From Candidatus Saccharimonadales bacterium (GTDB taxonomy: Bacteria > Patescibacteriota > Saccharimonadia > Saccharimonadales > JACQNP01), in contig JBGSIS010000018.1 in the NCBI GenBank assembly GCA_041742395.1, positions 39,505 through 103,504 on the forward strand: a DNA stretch of 64,000 nucleotides, given 5' to 3'. Under the pieces are notes generated by a model. The model ran no database searches and was not told the origin of the DNA. It worked only from the letters and a program-made list of their open reading frames with translations. The translations under genes were made by a program, and so were the position numbers. Each line of letters starts with the position of its first letter. The first letter of the stretch is position 1. Positions 39,291 through 48,846 of this stretch are shown here, piece by piece.

Positions 39291-39295
39291 TAGTA

Positions 39296-40387
39296 ATGGA
39301 GCTTCAAGTAACCCAGGAAAATATCAACAAAGCATTATCGAGCGTATCACGCGTAGCTAGTACCCGTGGAACACTACCTATACTTTCAAATATTTTAATT
39401 AAAACAATCGGTACTAGGGTTAGTTTTTCGGCTACTAATTTAGATATTGCTATCACCCATAACATTGGTGCTAAGGTTAAAAAAGAAGGTTCAATTACTA
39501 TTCCCGCTAAACTAGTTCATGATTTTATTGGAAGTTTACCTAATAGCGTAATTAGCCTTAAATTAATCGAAAATAAATTATCCATTGATACTGATAAATA
39601 CAAGTCGACAATTAATGGTGTATCTGCAGAAGAATTTCCTGTTATGCCAGTTATTAATGATGGTAAAACATGGACAATAAATTCCAAGGATCTTAAACAA
39701 GCTTTGTCTCAAGTTATTGGTTCTGCTTCAAATGATGAGGCGCGACCAGTTCTTACTGGAGTTTATTTTAATTCTGTTGGTGGTGAAATGTTTGTAGTTG
39801 CTACTGACAGCTATAGACTAGCTGAGAAAAACATAATTTCAACACAGGAAGAAGTTAAAGTTCTTATCCCTGCTACTGCATTAATGGAATTACAAAGATT
39901 AATCGGTGATTACAAGGGTGAAGTTACTATAACGCATGATGATCAACAGGTTTTGTTTGTAGTTGGAGAGATTGAATTAGTAGCTAGATTAATTGACGGA
40001 AGTTACCCTGATTACAAGAAATTAATTCCAGCTAAGTTTGAGACTAAAGCAGTTATTAAAAAAGCCGATTTTGTGAATATAACTAAAGTGTCTTCCCTTT
40101 TTGCTAGAGAAAGTGCCGGTAGTGTTAATATTGAAGTTAGCGAAGAAGAAGGAACTGTTAGTATTCACTCTATCGCTTCACAACTTGGCGAAAACACAGC
40201 TAATGCCGATGCTAAAGTTAGTGGTGAAGGATCAATTACTTTAAATTCTAGATATATACTTGACGCTCTGGGTGCAATCGATGGCGATGAAGTTGAATTC
40301 TGCTTCAACGGTAAGCTAGAACCATGTGTTTTAAGAAATCCAAAGAATAAAGATTACGTACATATTATTATGCCTCTTAAAAGCTAG
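39296..40387 (+). CDS. dnaN: DNA polymerase III subunit beta
   Basis: 363 aa with a three-domain sliding-clamp pattern (LPILSNILI, TDSYRLA, LIDGSYPDY). It sits in dnaA-dnaN-recF synteny. Confidence 0.95.
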   Translation: MELQVTQENINKALSSVSRVASTRGTLPILSNILIKTIGTRVSFSATNLDIAITHNIGAKVKKEGSITIPAKLVHDFIGSLPNSVISLKLIENKLSIDTDKYKSTINGVSAEEFPVMPVINDGKTWTINSKDLKQALSQVIGSASNDEARPVLTGVYFNSVGGEMFVVATDSYRLAEKNIISTQEEVKVLIPATALMELQRLIGDYKGEVTITHDDQQVLFVVGEIELVARLIDGSYPDYKKLIPAKFETKAVIKKADFVNITKVSSLFARESAGSVNIEVSEEEGTVSIHSIASQLGENTANADAKVSGEGSITLNSRYILDALGAIDGDEVEFCFNGKLEPCVLRNPKNKDYVHIIMPLKS

Positions 40388-40407
40388 GGCTGTTAAAATC
40401 TATCTAG

Positions 40408-41457
40408 ATGATAACCAATATTAGACTGCAAAATTTTAGGTCTTATCTTGATAATTCTTTTGAATTTAGTAATGGGGTAAATATTATTGTAGGCCCTAAC
40501 GCTACCGGTAAGACAAATTTAATTGAGGCAATTTACCTAGTTGCTCGTAATAATTCATTTAGGGTTAAGGATATCGACTTAATAACCTTTGATGCGGATT
40601 GGTCAAGAGTAGATTCATATATTTCTGACACCGAAAGAACTGTTAAATTAGTAAAAGAAAACGATAGAGCCAGCAAGACTACAGTAATAGACTCTAAAGA
40701 ATATAAGAGACTACCAAAAGATAAATATTACCCAGTTGTTTTATTTGAACCTAGTCAGCTTAATATATTATCTGGCGGACCCGAAGGAAGAAGAAATTTA
40801 ATTGACGAACTGATATCACAAAAAGAAGTTTCATATATAACTACACTAAACAGATATAAAAGAACTTTAGCTCAAAGGAATGCTTTACTAAAAAGTAATA
40901 TAACGGACAAAAGCCAAATTTTTGTATGGAATACTAGATTAATGGAGCTTGCTAGTGAAATAGTAGGCCAAAGGCTCAGTTTAATTGAAGAAATAAATAA
41001 ATCAATAAGTGATACTTATTCTGAGGTAGCTGGTAAAAAGTATTTAATTGAACTTAGTTATGAAACTCAAATAAAAACAGATAATTACGCCCAAAACTTA
41101 TTTAATATTCTAGAAGTTAATTTAGACAAGGATATACTGAGAGGATTTACGTCGTATGGGCCACACAGAGACGATATAAAGATTTCTATTAACCATAACG
41201 ACTCATCTACTGCAGCTTCACGCGGCGAGGCTAGGACGATGCTTCTAGCCATAAAAACTTTCGAGATAGTTAACCTACTTAAGAACTATGAACAAAAACC
41301 AATTCTTCTATTAGACGATGTGTTTAGTGAACTAGATGGCCTAAGACGAAAAAAACTAACAAGCTTCCTTGAAAGTTACCAAAGTTTTATTACTACTACA
41401 GATGCCGATGTAATTCAAAGCAATATAAAAAGTTCTGAAATAATTACTACTAGCTAA
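40408..41457 (+). CDS. recF: DNA replication/repair protein RecF
   Basis: 349 aa with Walker A GPNATGKTNLIEA, the signature region SRGEARTMLLA and Walker B ILLLDDVFSELD. Confidence 0.9.
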   Translation: MITNIRLQNFRSYLDNSFEFSNGVNIIVGPNATGKTNLIEAIYLVARNNSFRVKDIDLITFDADWSRVDSYISDTERTVKLVKENDRASKTTVIDSKEYKRLPKDKYYPVVLFEPSQLNILSGGPEGRRNLIDELISQKEVSYITTLNRYKRTLAQRNALLKSNITDKSQIFVWNTRLMELASEIVGQRLSLIEEINKSISDTYSEVAGKKYLIELSYETQIKTDNYAQNLFNILEVNLDKDILRGFTSYGPHRDDIKISINHNDSSTAASRGEARTMLLAIKTFEIVNLLKNYEQKPILLLDDVFSELDGLRRKKLTSFLESYQSFITTTDADVIQSNIKSSEIITTS

Positions 41458-42029
41458 TAATCACCACGGTCTGGTGAATATTCCGTACTGTCTATGAAAT
41501 CAGATTCATAAACTTTTTTTCCATCTTTAGAAAGAATCACATTAACATTCTTGATTCCATCAAGTATCGCTTTTGCTTGATATTTATCTTTTCTGTTTAT
41601 AACCATCTCAAACTCTGCGGTACGAATAAGTGTATTAGGATCATCATAGTCACTTATTTTTATCGAACTAGTGGTAATACTAGATTCATTAATAAAATTG
41701 TTATTTTCTCTTGAATATAATGTTACGGCCGTCTTAATACCCTCTTCCTGATATTTTGTAACACCGAAATCAATAAGTTTAGAAAAACCTAGGTAAGTAG
41801 GTGTTTTTCCGATGTTTTCAAAGTTTTCTGGGCTTTTACCAACTGGATCTGACACCGTTTCACCAGAGCCCGGGTCATAATATTCATTAATTTCATCTGG
41901 TTTATTTCTTTGGCTATAGAAAATTAATCCAATAATCAAGAATATAATTAGGATAACTAAAATAATCACGATAATTAATCTACGTTTGTTAGGACTATTA
42001 TTTGAAAGATTACTATTTGGATATTGCAT
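41454..42029 (-). CDS. membrane-anchored hypothetical protein (last gene of the T4SS-like operon)
   Basis: 191 aa with an N-terminal TM (LIIVIILVILIIFLIIGLIFY). It overlaps the upstream gene by 17 nt and converges on recF with a 4-nt overlap. Confidence 0.5.
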   Translation of the reverse strand: MQYPNSNLSNNSPNKRRLIIVIILVILIIFLIIGLIFYSQRNKPDEINEYYDPGSGETVSDPVGKSPENFENIGKTPTYLGFSKLIDFGVTKYQEEGIKTAVTLYSRENNNFINESSITTSSIKISDYDDPNTLIRTAEFEMVINRKDKYQAKAILDGIKNVNVILSKDGKKVYESDFIDSTEYSPDRGDY

Positions 42030-43878
42030 AAATTCCTCCCGGTCTCATACTGCTAATTATTTGTTGTGGATCCCATTCTTTATCAGATGTATCTTTATGT
42101 CCAGAGTCTCCAACTAAGAATTTTCCACTAGGAGTAACTCCGCGAATTACTATAAAATGACCACCTGAGGTGAATGGCTTAGCGCCACTACCAGGGGTAA
42201 TTATTAATTTGCCTTGTTGTAGAGCTTGCGTTATTTGTGCTACGTCTCTATCTATTGGTTCTGCTTTGAGTCCCCATTGTTTAGCAACTACACTACCAAT
42301 TAACCAACTGCTTCCAGATCCTGAAACATACATTCCTTGACTTGCTGCATAGTCTGCCGTTTCTACGGGGGTTACTTTCTTGCCAGTTAGGGTGGAAATT
42401 ATCATGGCCATTGCCGAAGGCCCACAACCAGCAATGCCAATTGTGCTAGAGCTGTAAGGCTTGTCTTTCCAGGCCGGGTCATATTGACTGTATACTACAA
42501 AATTACCAATGTTTTGTCCTGCACCACCGTCTGTAGGGCAGGAAGCACTAGATGCCCCACCACCAGATTGAGAAGGCGCCGAACCGCCGTATGAAGCTAG
42601 AATCTCCTGGGCGAATTTAATTCTCCTGGGTATAGCAGTTACTCCAGCACCTTCCATGCGATCCTCGAAATCTGCTGTAGCTTCTTCTATTGTTGTGGTC
42701 TGTTTGAACTTTTCGATAAAATTCTTAACACCTGTAGGTGATGTATTATTCATATGCCACCATACCACTTCAAGTTGAGTACCCAATTCATATATCGGCG
42801 TATTTATGTTTGCATTTTTTGCGATATTTATTATTTTGCCTCCCGGAGTCCATTGAATTAATCCCCAACCTGCAGAACCAGCATCATTTGGGTTTTGGCT
42901 CCTTCCTCCAGGATCTTGAATATTTTCCGGATCAACACCAGACTCTATCATCATATTACCTAGAATTCCAGCTGCTTGTTCAGGGGATAATCCTTTACCT
43001 AAAAAGTAACGAAAAGCTTTCTCGGGGTTATCGTTTCCTATTAATTCGACAGAGCCAGATCCACCCACCGCGCATTGGCAGTTGCCGGTGTTTAGATTCT
43101 CTGTTGGAGTTTTTGTAGATCCAAGGGACGATGCTACTAGAGTTGATAATTTTTGAATGCCTGAAGTATTCGGGTGTAGACCATCCTCAAGAGCACCTGC
43201 CTTGTCAATTGTGGGTTGACTGTTTGGATTACCGCCGGGGTTTACTTGATTAAACCAATCAATTATACGGAAGTTTTTTGCGGTAGATTCAGTGGTTAGT
43301 GCCTGATTAAAAGGACCCATATAAGCTAAATTAGCTCCAGTCCATTTAGCAGTCCCGGCTAAGTTAACCCAAAATATTGGAGCATTCGGATTTATTTCGC
43401 GCACCGTGTCAATCATTTCACCTATGGGATTACCGTTTAATCCTCCGTTCGACCCTAGAGCTATGACTATTGCCTTAGCTCCTTGAATTGATGCTTTGTC
43501 ATCTTGAACAGCTTCTTTTGCTGGCTTTAGACTTCCCCCGGTTGTTGGCGTGTAACTACCTCCGCCGATCCATGAACGCCCTACTGAACCGTTAATTGTT
43601 GGTTGAAGCCCAGATTTAGCAAGTTCTGACCTGTAACTAGCTTCAGTGTATACAGATATTGAATCACCTAAAATATAAACGGAATCACCTGATTTTAAGT
43701 TCGATGGTGATGAATTTTGAGTACAAACTGTTTTTGCGCTATAAAAAGGATAGGTAAGGTCTTGACCTACATCGGCGTAAACAGTTGTGTTTAAACTAAG
43801 TAAAAAGAACGTCGTTGCTATCAATAAGTAGCTTATTTTTATGATATAATTTGGAATTAATTTAAAAATATCTTTCAT
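42013..43878 (-). CDS. secreted three-module cell-wall hydrolase: SGNH esterase-like + lysozyme-like + C39-like cysteine peptidase
   Basis: I prefer ATG 43878 (MKDIFKL..., signal peptide ending VYA/DV; TAATG overlap with the upstream stop) over the track start at 43905. The SGNH blocks are GDSIS, GRSW, GSNGG and DGLHPN. The lysozyme-like block is AAGILGNMMIESGVDPENIQ...GWGLIQWT. The C39_2-like Cys and His sites are GCGPSAMAMI and GGHFIVIRG. Confidence 0.7.
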   Translation of the reverse strand: MKDIFKLIPNYIIKISYLLIATTFFLLSLNTTVYADVGQDLTYPFYSAKTVCTQNSSPSNLKSGDSVYILGDSISVYTEASYRSELAKSGLQPTINGSVGRSWIGGGSYTPTTGGSLKPAKEAVQDDKASIQGAKAIVIALGSNGGLNGNPIGEMIDTVREINPNAPIFWVNLAGTAKWTGANLAYMGPFNQALTTESTAKNFRIIDWFNQVNPGGNPNSQPTIDKAGALEDGLHPNTSGIQKLSTLVASSLGSTKTPTENLNTGNCQCAVGGSGSVELIGNDNPEKAFRYFLGKGLSPEQAAGILGNMMIESGVDPENIQDPGGRSQNPNDAGSAGWGLIQWTPGGKIINIAKNANINTPIYELGTQLEVVWWHMNNTSPTGVKNFIEKFKQTTTIEEATADFEDRMEGAGVTAIPRRIKFAQEILASYGGSAPSQSGGGASSASCPTDGGAGQNIGNFVVYSQYDPAWKDKPYSSSTIGIAGCGPSAMAMIISTLTGKKVTPVETADYAASQGMYVSGSGSSWLIGSVVAKQWGLKAEPIDRDVAQITQALQQGKLIITPGSGAKPFTSGGHFIVIRGVTPSGKFLVGDSGHKDTSDKEWDPQQIISSMRPGGIYAISK

Positions 43879-46800
43879 TATTTTCCATCCACTGACCAAT
43901 GCCAAGATTCTTTAGGGAAATTTTTTAAGCCGTACTTAGATGCATTTGAACCAAGCCACGAAAAACCAGAATTATTTTTTCTTAGCGTGGATCCATTTTG
44001 AGCAAAATCTATGGCTAGGCCCATTTGATGATTTGAAAATCCGGGTCTAGCAGTAGGTGGACTACATACTGCCGGACAATTATGGCTAGCATATAGACTT
44101 TTCTGTTCATCCATGGTTCTATAGCCACCGCCTGTAAAATTTATTCCTGCAGCTCTAGCATCATTAAGAAGTTTGTCTAGGTTGCCTGAAATTTGAGAAT
44201 TAGTATCAATCCCTTGAACATCGCAGACTCTAATTTTAATAAGATTTCCTTCTTTATAGCCGTCTTTTACACCTAGGTCTTTACCTGCTTGACAAGGAAT
44301 ATTTGAAGTATCACCGCTAACGATAGTGCTACTTAATAGAGTATCTTCAGTTGCTGAACTGTTAGACGAAGAGTTACCGTCTATGTCGTCATCGTAGGTT
44401 CCGTCAAACAACATTGATCCTGCTTCTTCTACAGCAAGTTCAAGTAGACATGGGTCCGGCTGTAGCGGAACGTTGAATGGCATTTTATTGCCTTCGCCAA
44501 AGTCAAAGTCGTTTCCGAGGACTGGTTTACCGTATGAATCTGCATTATCAGTCTTATTTTGTTCTCTTTCGTCTGCCGGTAAATCGCACTGATATCTTTC
44601 TCTTAAGACGTCTGGATCCATTCCGTCTCCGTTATTGTCGGTAAAAACAGGATGATCAGCAGGAAGTCCAAAATTTAATACGCCAAATGGATTTACGTTA
44701 CGGTCATAGGCACTGACTTTTTTGGAAAAAATATTGCTTATTCCACTAGTAAGAGAGCTACTACTGAAAACCGAAGACATTTTTTCGGCCATTGTCGTCA
44801 AATCCGTAGGAGAGCTTAGAACAGCTTGAGAGGTTAAGCTTTCTGGAACGTCAGGGGAAAAATACCTGGCGAACATATTCATGTTTCGTAATTCGTATCC
44901 CCTTTGCTCTTGCATATCATTTTGGATGGCAACAATTTGTTGCTCGTTAAGATAACCACCACCAATAGTTTTATCTTCATCTGTCCTGGTGCCAATTCCG
45001 CCTCCAGTGGACGCAGATAAAGAATCCATTCCTGCATAAGTTGCGTCGTAAGCATCTGCACCTTCTTCTGTGCCCGTTATAGAGAATCCTATTACTCTGT
45101 TAAGTAAGCTTTCAAATGATGACATAAAAACCCTGCTAATACCAAGTGATTCCATTGCTCCACCAATAAGTTCATCAATACCAAGTGAACTGGTTATCGC
45201 AGAAGATAGCTTGTCGGTAAGATCTATTACGCTATTTACAGGCGAGTTTTCGTAAGCATCACTAACTTTGGCAAGGCCCTCCCAAGCTGGATTATTAGTA
45301 AAAGCTGTTTTATCTTGAAGAACTCTCTTTTCCTTACACACCACCTGTCCTGGCTCTAGTTTTTCCCCAGGATCATTAGTATCATTATCTCCATTACAGT
45401 CTCGGCTGACTGATTTTGTTGTGTCTATTTTTCCAGCTGCAGACTGAGACACAGGGGAAGACTGAAAGTTTTTAAATGTTTCATTAAGTATTCTAACGTC
45501 TGCTTGGTCAAAATCTTCACCGGACCTAATCTGGTCAGCTGCGCTTAAGATAAAAGTTGCGTAGCCAATATATTGGCTAGTAAGCTTATCGTTAATAACT
45601 ATATTAATACTTCCGTCATTTACTGACTTAACTACTTGAGAAATCGTATCAATTAGACCAATAGCAGCAATACCTCCAGTAAGTATCTTTTTAGTAGAGA
45701 GGCTTAGTATTCTTTGACTGGTTTCTTGACCTGTTTCCTTTGCAATTAACTCTGCAGCATCGTCGGCCGCACCATCTCCTAAATCTGCGACAGCATCGGC
45801 TGCTTCATCGCCATCAAGCGCCTTAAGTTTGTCTTTTTGGTCTTCACTGGCGCCACTGTCATTTTTATCGTCATCAGGATTACTGTCGCTTTTTCTGTCT
45901 TTTTCAGCAGTGTCACCTTCCTTGATCTTTTTACAGTCATCACCACCTTCTATAAGACAACCAATATAATCACTAGTTTTTTCAGAAACATAACCAATAG
46001 TATTTCTTACGGCTTTTTGTTTAAAGGCGATTTTTTTCTCAGCGTAGCTTTGCCGAGTTTTTTCAAAAGGTTTCCAGTTAGGTACTCCATAAAATCTTTT
46101 TGCAACATATCTAAGTCTTGCTCTTTTGAAAACTTGACCAGATTTAGTTTCTTTTTTGGCGAACTCCCTAATACTCTGTCTAGCTTCTTTGGCTGTGAGT
46201 GGTTGAGGATCCCCGCCATTATATGAAAATGTCCAGTTGTCCGCTTTTAGAGTATTTCTTGTAATACTACTAACTCCACCTGACCTAGACTTTATTTCCA
46301 TATTATAGTTAGACTTAAGATTGTTCTCAATCTTGGCCCCCTCCCAATTAACATAGAGTGTTTTTAAGGGGCTTCTACTTAAATATACAAACCTAGAATC
46401 ATTTCCATCGAAAGCTTCTGAAGTAACTCCCAGAGTCTTTAGCATTAAATACTTATTCATGTAATACTGCGTGCGTTTTTCAATAGCATACTGAGGTACT
46501 TGGCCAATTTGGTTTTCTATACTTTCAACAACATGGGTAGCTACAAAGGCTGGCAAAAATGCCATAATTGCAAAAACCGCAGATAGAATAAGAGCACCAA
46601 TTCCTCCGCCAACAACCAAGCCTCTTCTTCCATTTTTTTTCTTGGAAGAGCCATTTGCTCCGCCAGTGTAGAATCCGCCTTCTTCTAGGTCGTCTTTTTC
46701 TTGGTTCTCATCTGAATCATCATTGTCTGAATCATTCTCTTTTTCCTCTAGTTCCTCTGGAGAATAATTATCCTTAAGAATCTTGTCGAATTCTCTATCG

Positions 46801-46880
46801 ATATCAGATTGAGGAGATTCGTCACTAAAACGTGGTTTATCTTCTTCCGAATCAGGTTTTTGTAATGTATCGGTTCCCAA
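43878..46880 (-). CDS. 1000-aa membrane-anchored protein with a C-terminal VanY/M15-type D-Ala-D-Ala carboxypeptidase domain (PrgK/TraG-role candidate)
   Basis: It has an acidic N-terminus, one TM (GGGIGALILSAVFAIMAFLPAFV) and a long extracytoplasmic region. The C-terminal motifs SNHQMGLAIDF (SxHxxGxAxD) and ESWHWS (ExWH) are diagnostic of peptidase M15B/VanY. Confidence 0.7.
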   Translation of the reverse strand: MGTDTLQKPDSEEDKPRFSDESPQSDIDREFDKILKDNYSPEELEEKENDSDNDDSDENQEKDDLEEGGFYTGGANGSSKKKNGRRGLVVGGGIGALILSAVFAIMAFLPAFVATHVVESIENQIGQVPQYAIEKRTQYYMNKYLMLKTLGVTSEAFDGNDSRFVYLSRSPLKTLYVNWEGAKIENNLKSNYNMEIKSRSGGVSSITRNTLKADNWTFSYNGGDPQPLTAKEARQSIREFAKKETKSGQVFKRARLRYVAKRFYGVPNWKPFEKTRQSYAEKKIAFKQKAVRNTIGYVSEKTSDYIGCLIEGGDDCKKIKEGDTAEKDRKSDSNPDDDKNDSGASEDQKDKLKALDGDEAADAVADLGDGAADDAAELIAKETGQETSQRILSLSTKKILTGGIAAIGLIDTISQVVKSVNDGSINIVINDKLTSQYIGYATFILSAADQIRSGEDFDQADVRILNETFKNFQSSPVSQSAAGKIDTTKSVSRDCNGDNDTNDPGEKLEPGQVVCKEKRVLQDKTAFTNNPAWEGLAKVSDAYENSPVNSVIDLTDKLSSAITSSLGIDELIGGAMESLGISRVFMSSFESLLNRVIGFSITGTEEGADAYDATYAGMDSLSASTGGGIGTRTDEDKTIGGGYLNEQQIVAIQNDMQEQRGYELRNMNMFARYFSPDVPESLTSQAVLSSPTDLTTMAEKMSSVFSSSSLTSGISNIFSKKVSAYDRNVNPFGVLNFGLPADHPVFTDNNGDGMDPDVLRERYQCDLPADEREQNKTDNADSYGKPVLGNDFDFGEGNKMPFNVPLQPDPCLLELAVEEAGSMLFDGTYDDDIDGNSSSNSSATEDTLLSSTIVSGDTSNIPCQAGKDLGVKDGYKEGNLIKIRVCDVQGIDTNSQISGNLDKLLNDARAAGINFTGGGYRTMDEQKSLYASHNCPAVCSPPTARPGFSNHQMGLAIDFAQNGSTLRKNNSGFSWLGSNASKYGLKNFPKESWHWSVDGK

Positions 46881-46920
46881 TTTTCCAGACCTTCTTTTTA
46901 TTTACGAAATAACATAATTA

Positions 46921-48846
46921 TTATACACCAGGCGATAATCTATTAGCTAAGTCAACCGTACCTTCAGTATTCATTGCACCTAGCTCGATTTGTCTTACCT
47001 GATCAGGATTGGTAGTTATTAGTCCTGTCTCAGTCGGACTAGCTGCAATTTGAATATGTACGTGACTTTGACCGGCAAAGAAAAGTCCTTGCCCCACTGG
47101 GAACTGGCCTAACCTTTTCTTCTCTTCGCTGGTAAGTTTGAATACGTCAGATAAAACATCTACCGCTGATGAAGATTGCTTAAGTAGTATTTGCATAGAA
47201 GCATTGGCGACAATTGCCCTACCCATTCTTGAGCCCATAAAATCTTCTACGTCCTGAGAAATGGTAGTTATTCCAAGATTGTACTTCCTAGCTCGTTTAG
47301 CCAAACTAAACAAGAAGTTGGCCGAATCTTCATACTTCATCAGTTGCCAGGCCTCATCTACTATTAAGATTCTTTTCTTTTGATCAGATTTTGTCTTGTT
47401 CCAAATGTAATTTAAAACAATATACATAGCCACTGGCCGTAATTCATCCTCTAAATCTCGAACATTGAAGACTACTAGTTGGTTGTTAATGTTTATATTG
47501 CTTTGCTGAGAAAAAATACCAGCAAATGTGCCCGAAGTATATTTTCTTAACCTTTGAGCAAGCTGAGGGCCAGTACCGCCCATATGAAGCAGAGTATCGT
47601 ATAGGTCATTAATGGTAGGTGGTTGAGATCTATGGGTGAGCGGATCGTTGGTAATTCCAGCTTTTGCATAGGTCTCAATCAAAGCAGCATCTAAATCGGC
47701 TTCCTCTACAGGGTTAAGAGCTGGAGATACTACTGTTCCAGAACCACTTGCAGCCATTTGGGCCTGCGCGCCACCCATCATTAAGCGGAGTAATCCATGA
47801 AGTGTTATAAGGTTATTTCTAAGTGCATCTTCAGAGTCAGCAGTATCGATGACTTCTGGAATATCAAAAGGATTTATTCTAGTTGACGAACTAAGACTTA
47901 GTTTTACATATGCCCCACCAACCGCTTCAGCCATTCTCTGGTATTCATTTTCCGGATCGATGATAAACACCTCTGTTCCGAACATCATACTTCTCAGAGC
48001 CTCTAGTTTAACAGCGAAAGATTTACCAGCTCCAGATTTTGCAAACACAACTGCGTTTCCGTTTTCAAGTGAGAACCTATCAAAAATAACCAAACCAGAG
48101 TTGTGCATATTTATTCCATACAAGATTCCGTTTTCTTGACTTAAGTCGGCAGAAGTAAATGGAAAACTGGTGCTAAGGGCGCCAGTACTAAAGTTTCTTC
48201 TAATCTGTAATTGATCGCTAAATTGAGGTACTGTGCTATTAAAGGCTTGTTCTTGTTGGGAAGTGGCTACTTTGGAATAAACTAACTGCTGTCCTAACAT
48301 CGATTCAATCTTGTGAGTGACATAATCTAGTTCGTCCATAGAGTTGGCATAGACTGTCATATAAAGCCCAAATCGGAAGAATCTTTCTTCTCCTACCTGA
48401 AGTTTATCTCTCATTTCTTCTGCATCGATAATTGCTGCTTGTGTGCCTGGGTCTCGGACTCGACCTTTTTCGGCATTAATCTGAATGTCGGCCTCTAGCT
48501 GACCTACTTTTTTCCTTAGATTTTCCATTACAACTTGGCTTTCTACTGGGTAGATGAACATAGAAATATCCATAACTTCATCTAGGTTTACCATTGTAGA
48601 TATCCATCCGGTATTAACCGACCTTGGATAGCCATATACGTAAAACGTTCTAGCCATTCTAGTACCGAGCTGGAAAAAACCTGTACTAAACTCTATCGAG
48701 CTTGGTGCTATAAAGTCTCTGAGAGCTGTAACTCCTTTCATAAAGGCAGCTCTAACTTCTTGTTCTTCTCGAACGCGTTGTTGTTGAGCTATGGCGACAG
48801 GGTCATTAAGATTTTGAGGATAGTCGTTTTTTTTGCCAAAAGCCAT
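46921..48846 (-). CDS. virB4: VirB4/TrsE/PrgJ-type T4SS ATPase
   Basis: 641 aa with Walker A AKSGAGKSF and Walker B RILIVDEAWQL. The N-terminal domain pattern (RTFYVYGYPRSVNTGWIS...DISMFIYP) is typical of Gram-positive VirB4 homologues. Confidence 0.85.
   Translation of the reverse strand: MAFGKKNDYPQNLNDPVAIAQQQRVREEQEVRAAFMKGVTALRDFIAPSSIEFSTGFFQLGTRMARTFYVYGYPRSVNTGWISTMVNLDEVMDISMFIYPVESQVVMENLRKKVGQLEADIQINAEKGRVRDPGTQAAIIDAEEMRDKLQVGEERFFRFGLYMTVYANSMDELDYVTHKIESMLGQQLVYSKVATSQQEQAFNSTVPQFSDQLQIRRNFSTGALSTSFPFTSADLSQENGILYGINMHNSGLVIFDRFSLENGNAVVFAKSGAGKSFAVKLEALRSMMFGTEVFIIDPENEYQRMAEAVGGAYVKLSLSSSTRINPFDIPEVIDTADSEDALRNNLITLHGLLRLMMGGAQAQMAASGSGTVVSPALNPVEEADLDAALIETYAKAGITNDPLTHRSQPPTINDLYDTLLHMGGTGPQLAQRLRKYTSGTFAGIFSQQSNININNQLVVFNVRDLEDELRPVAMYIVLNYIWNKTKSDQKKRILIVDEAWQLMKYEDSANFLFSLAKRARKYNLGITTISQDVEDFMGSRMGRAIVANASMQILLKQSSSAVDVLSDVFKLTSEEKKRLGQFPVGQGLFFAGQSHVHIQIAASPTETGLITTNPDQVRQIELGAMNTEGTVDLANRLSPGV

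Noticed and set aside
43879-43905. The track start of the 630-aa hydrolase lies 27 nt upstream of ATG 43878.
   Set aside because: The longer form would overlap the upstream gene by 28 nt and place 9 residues before a typical signal peptide. ATG 43878 forms a TAATG coupling junction. I kept the longer start only as an alternative.
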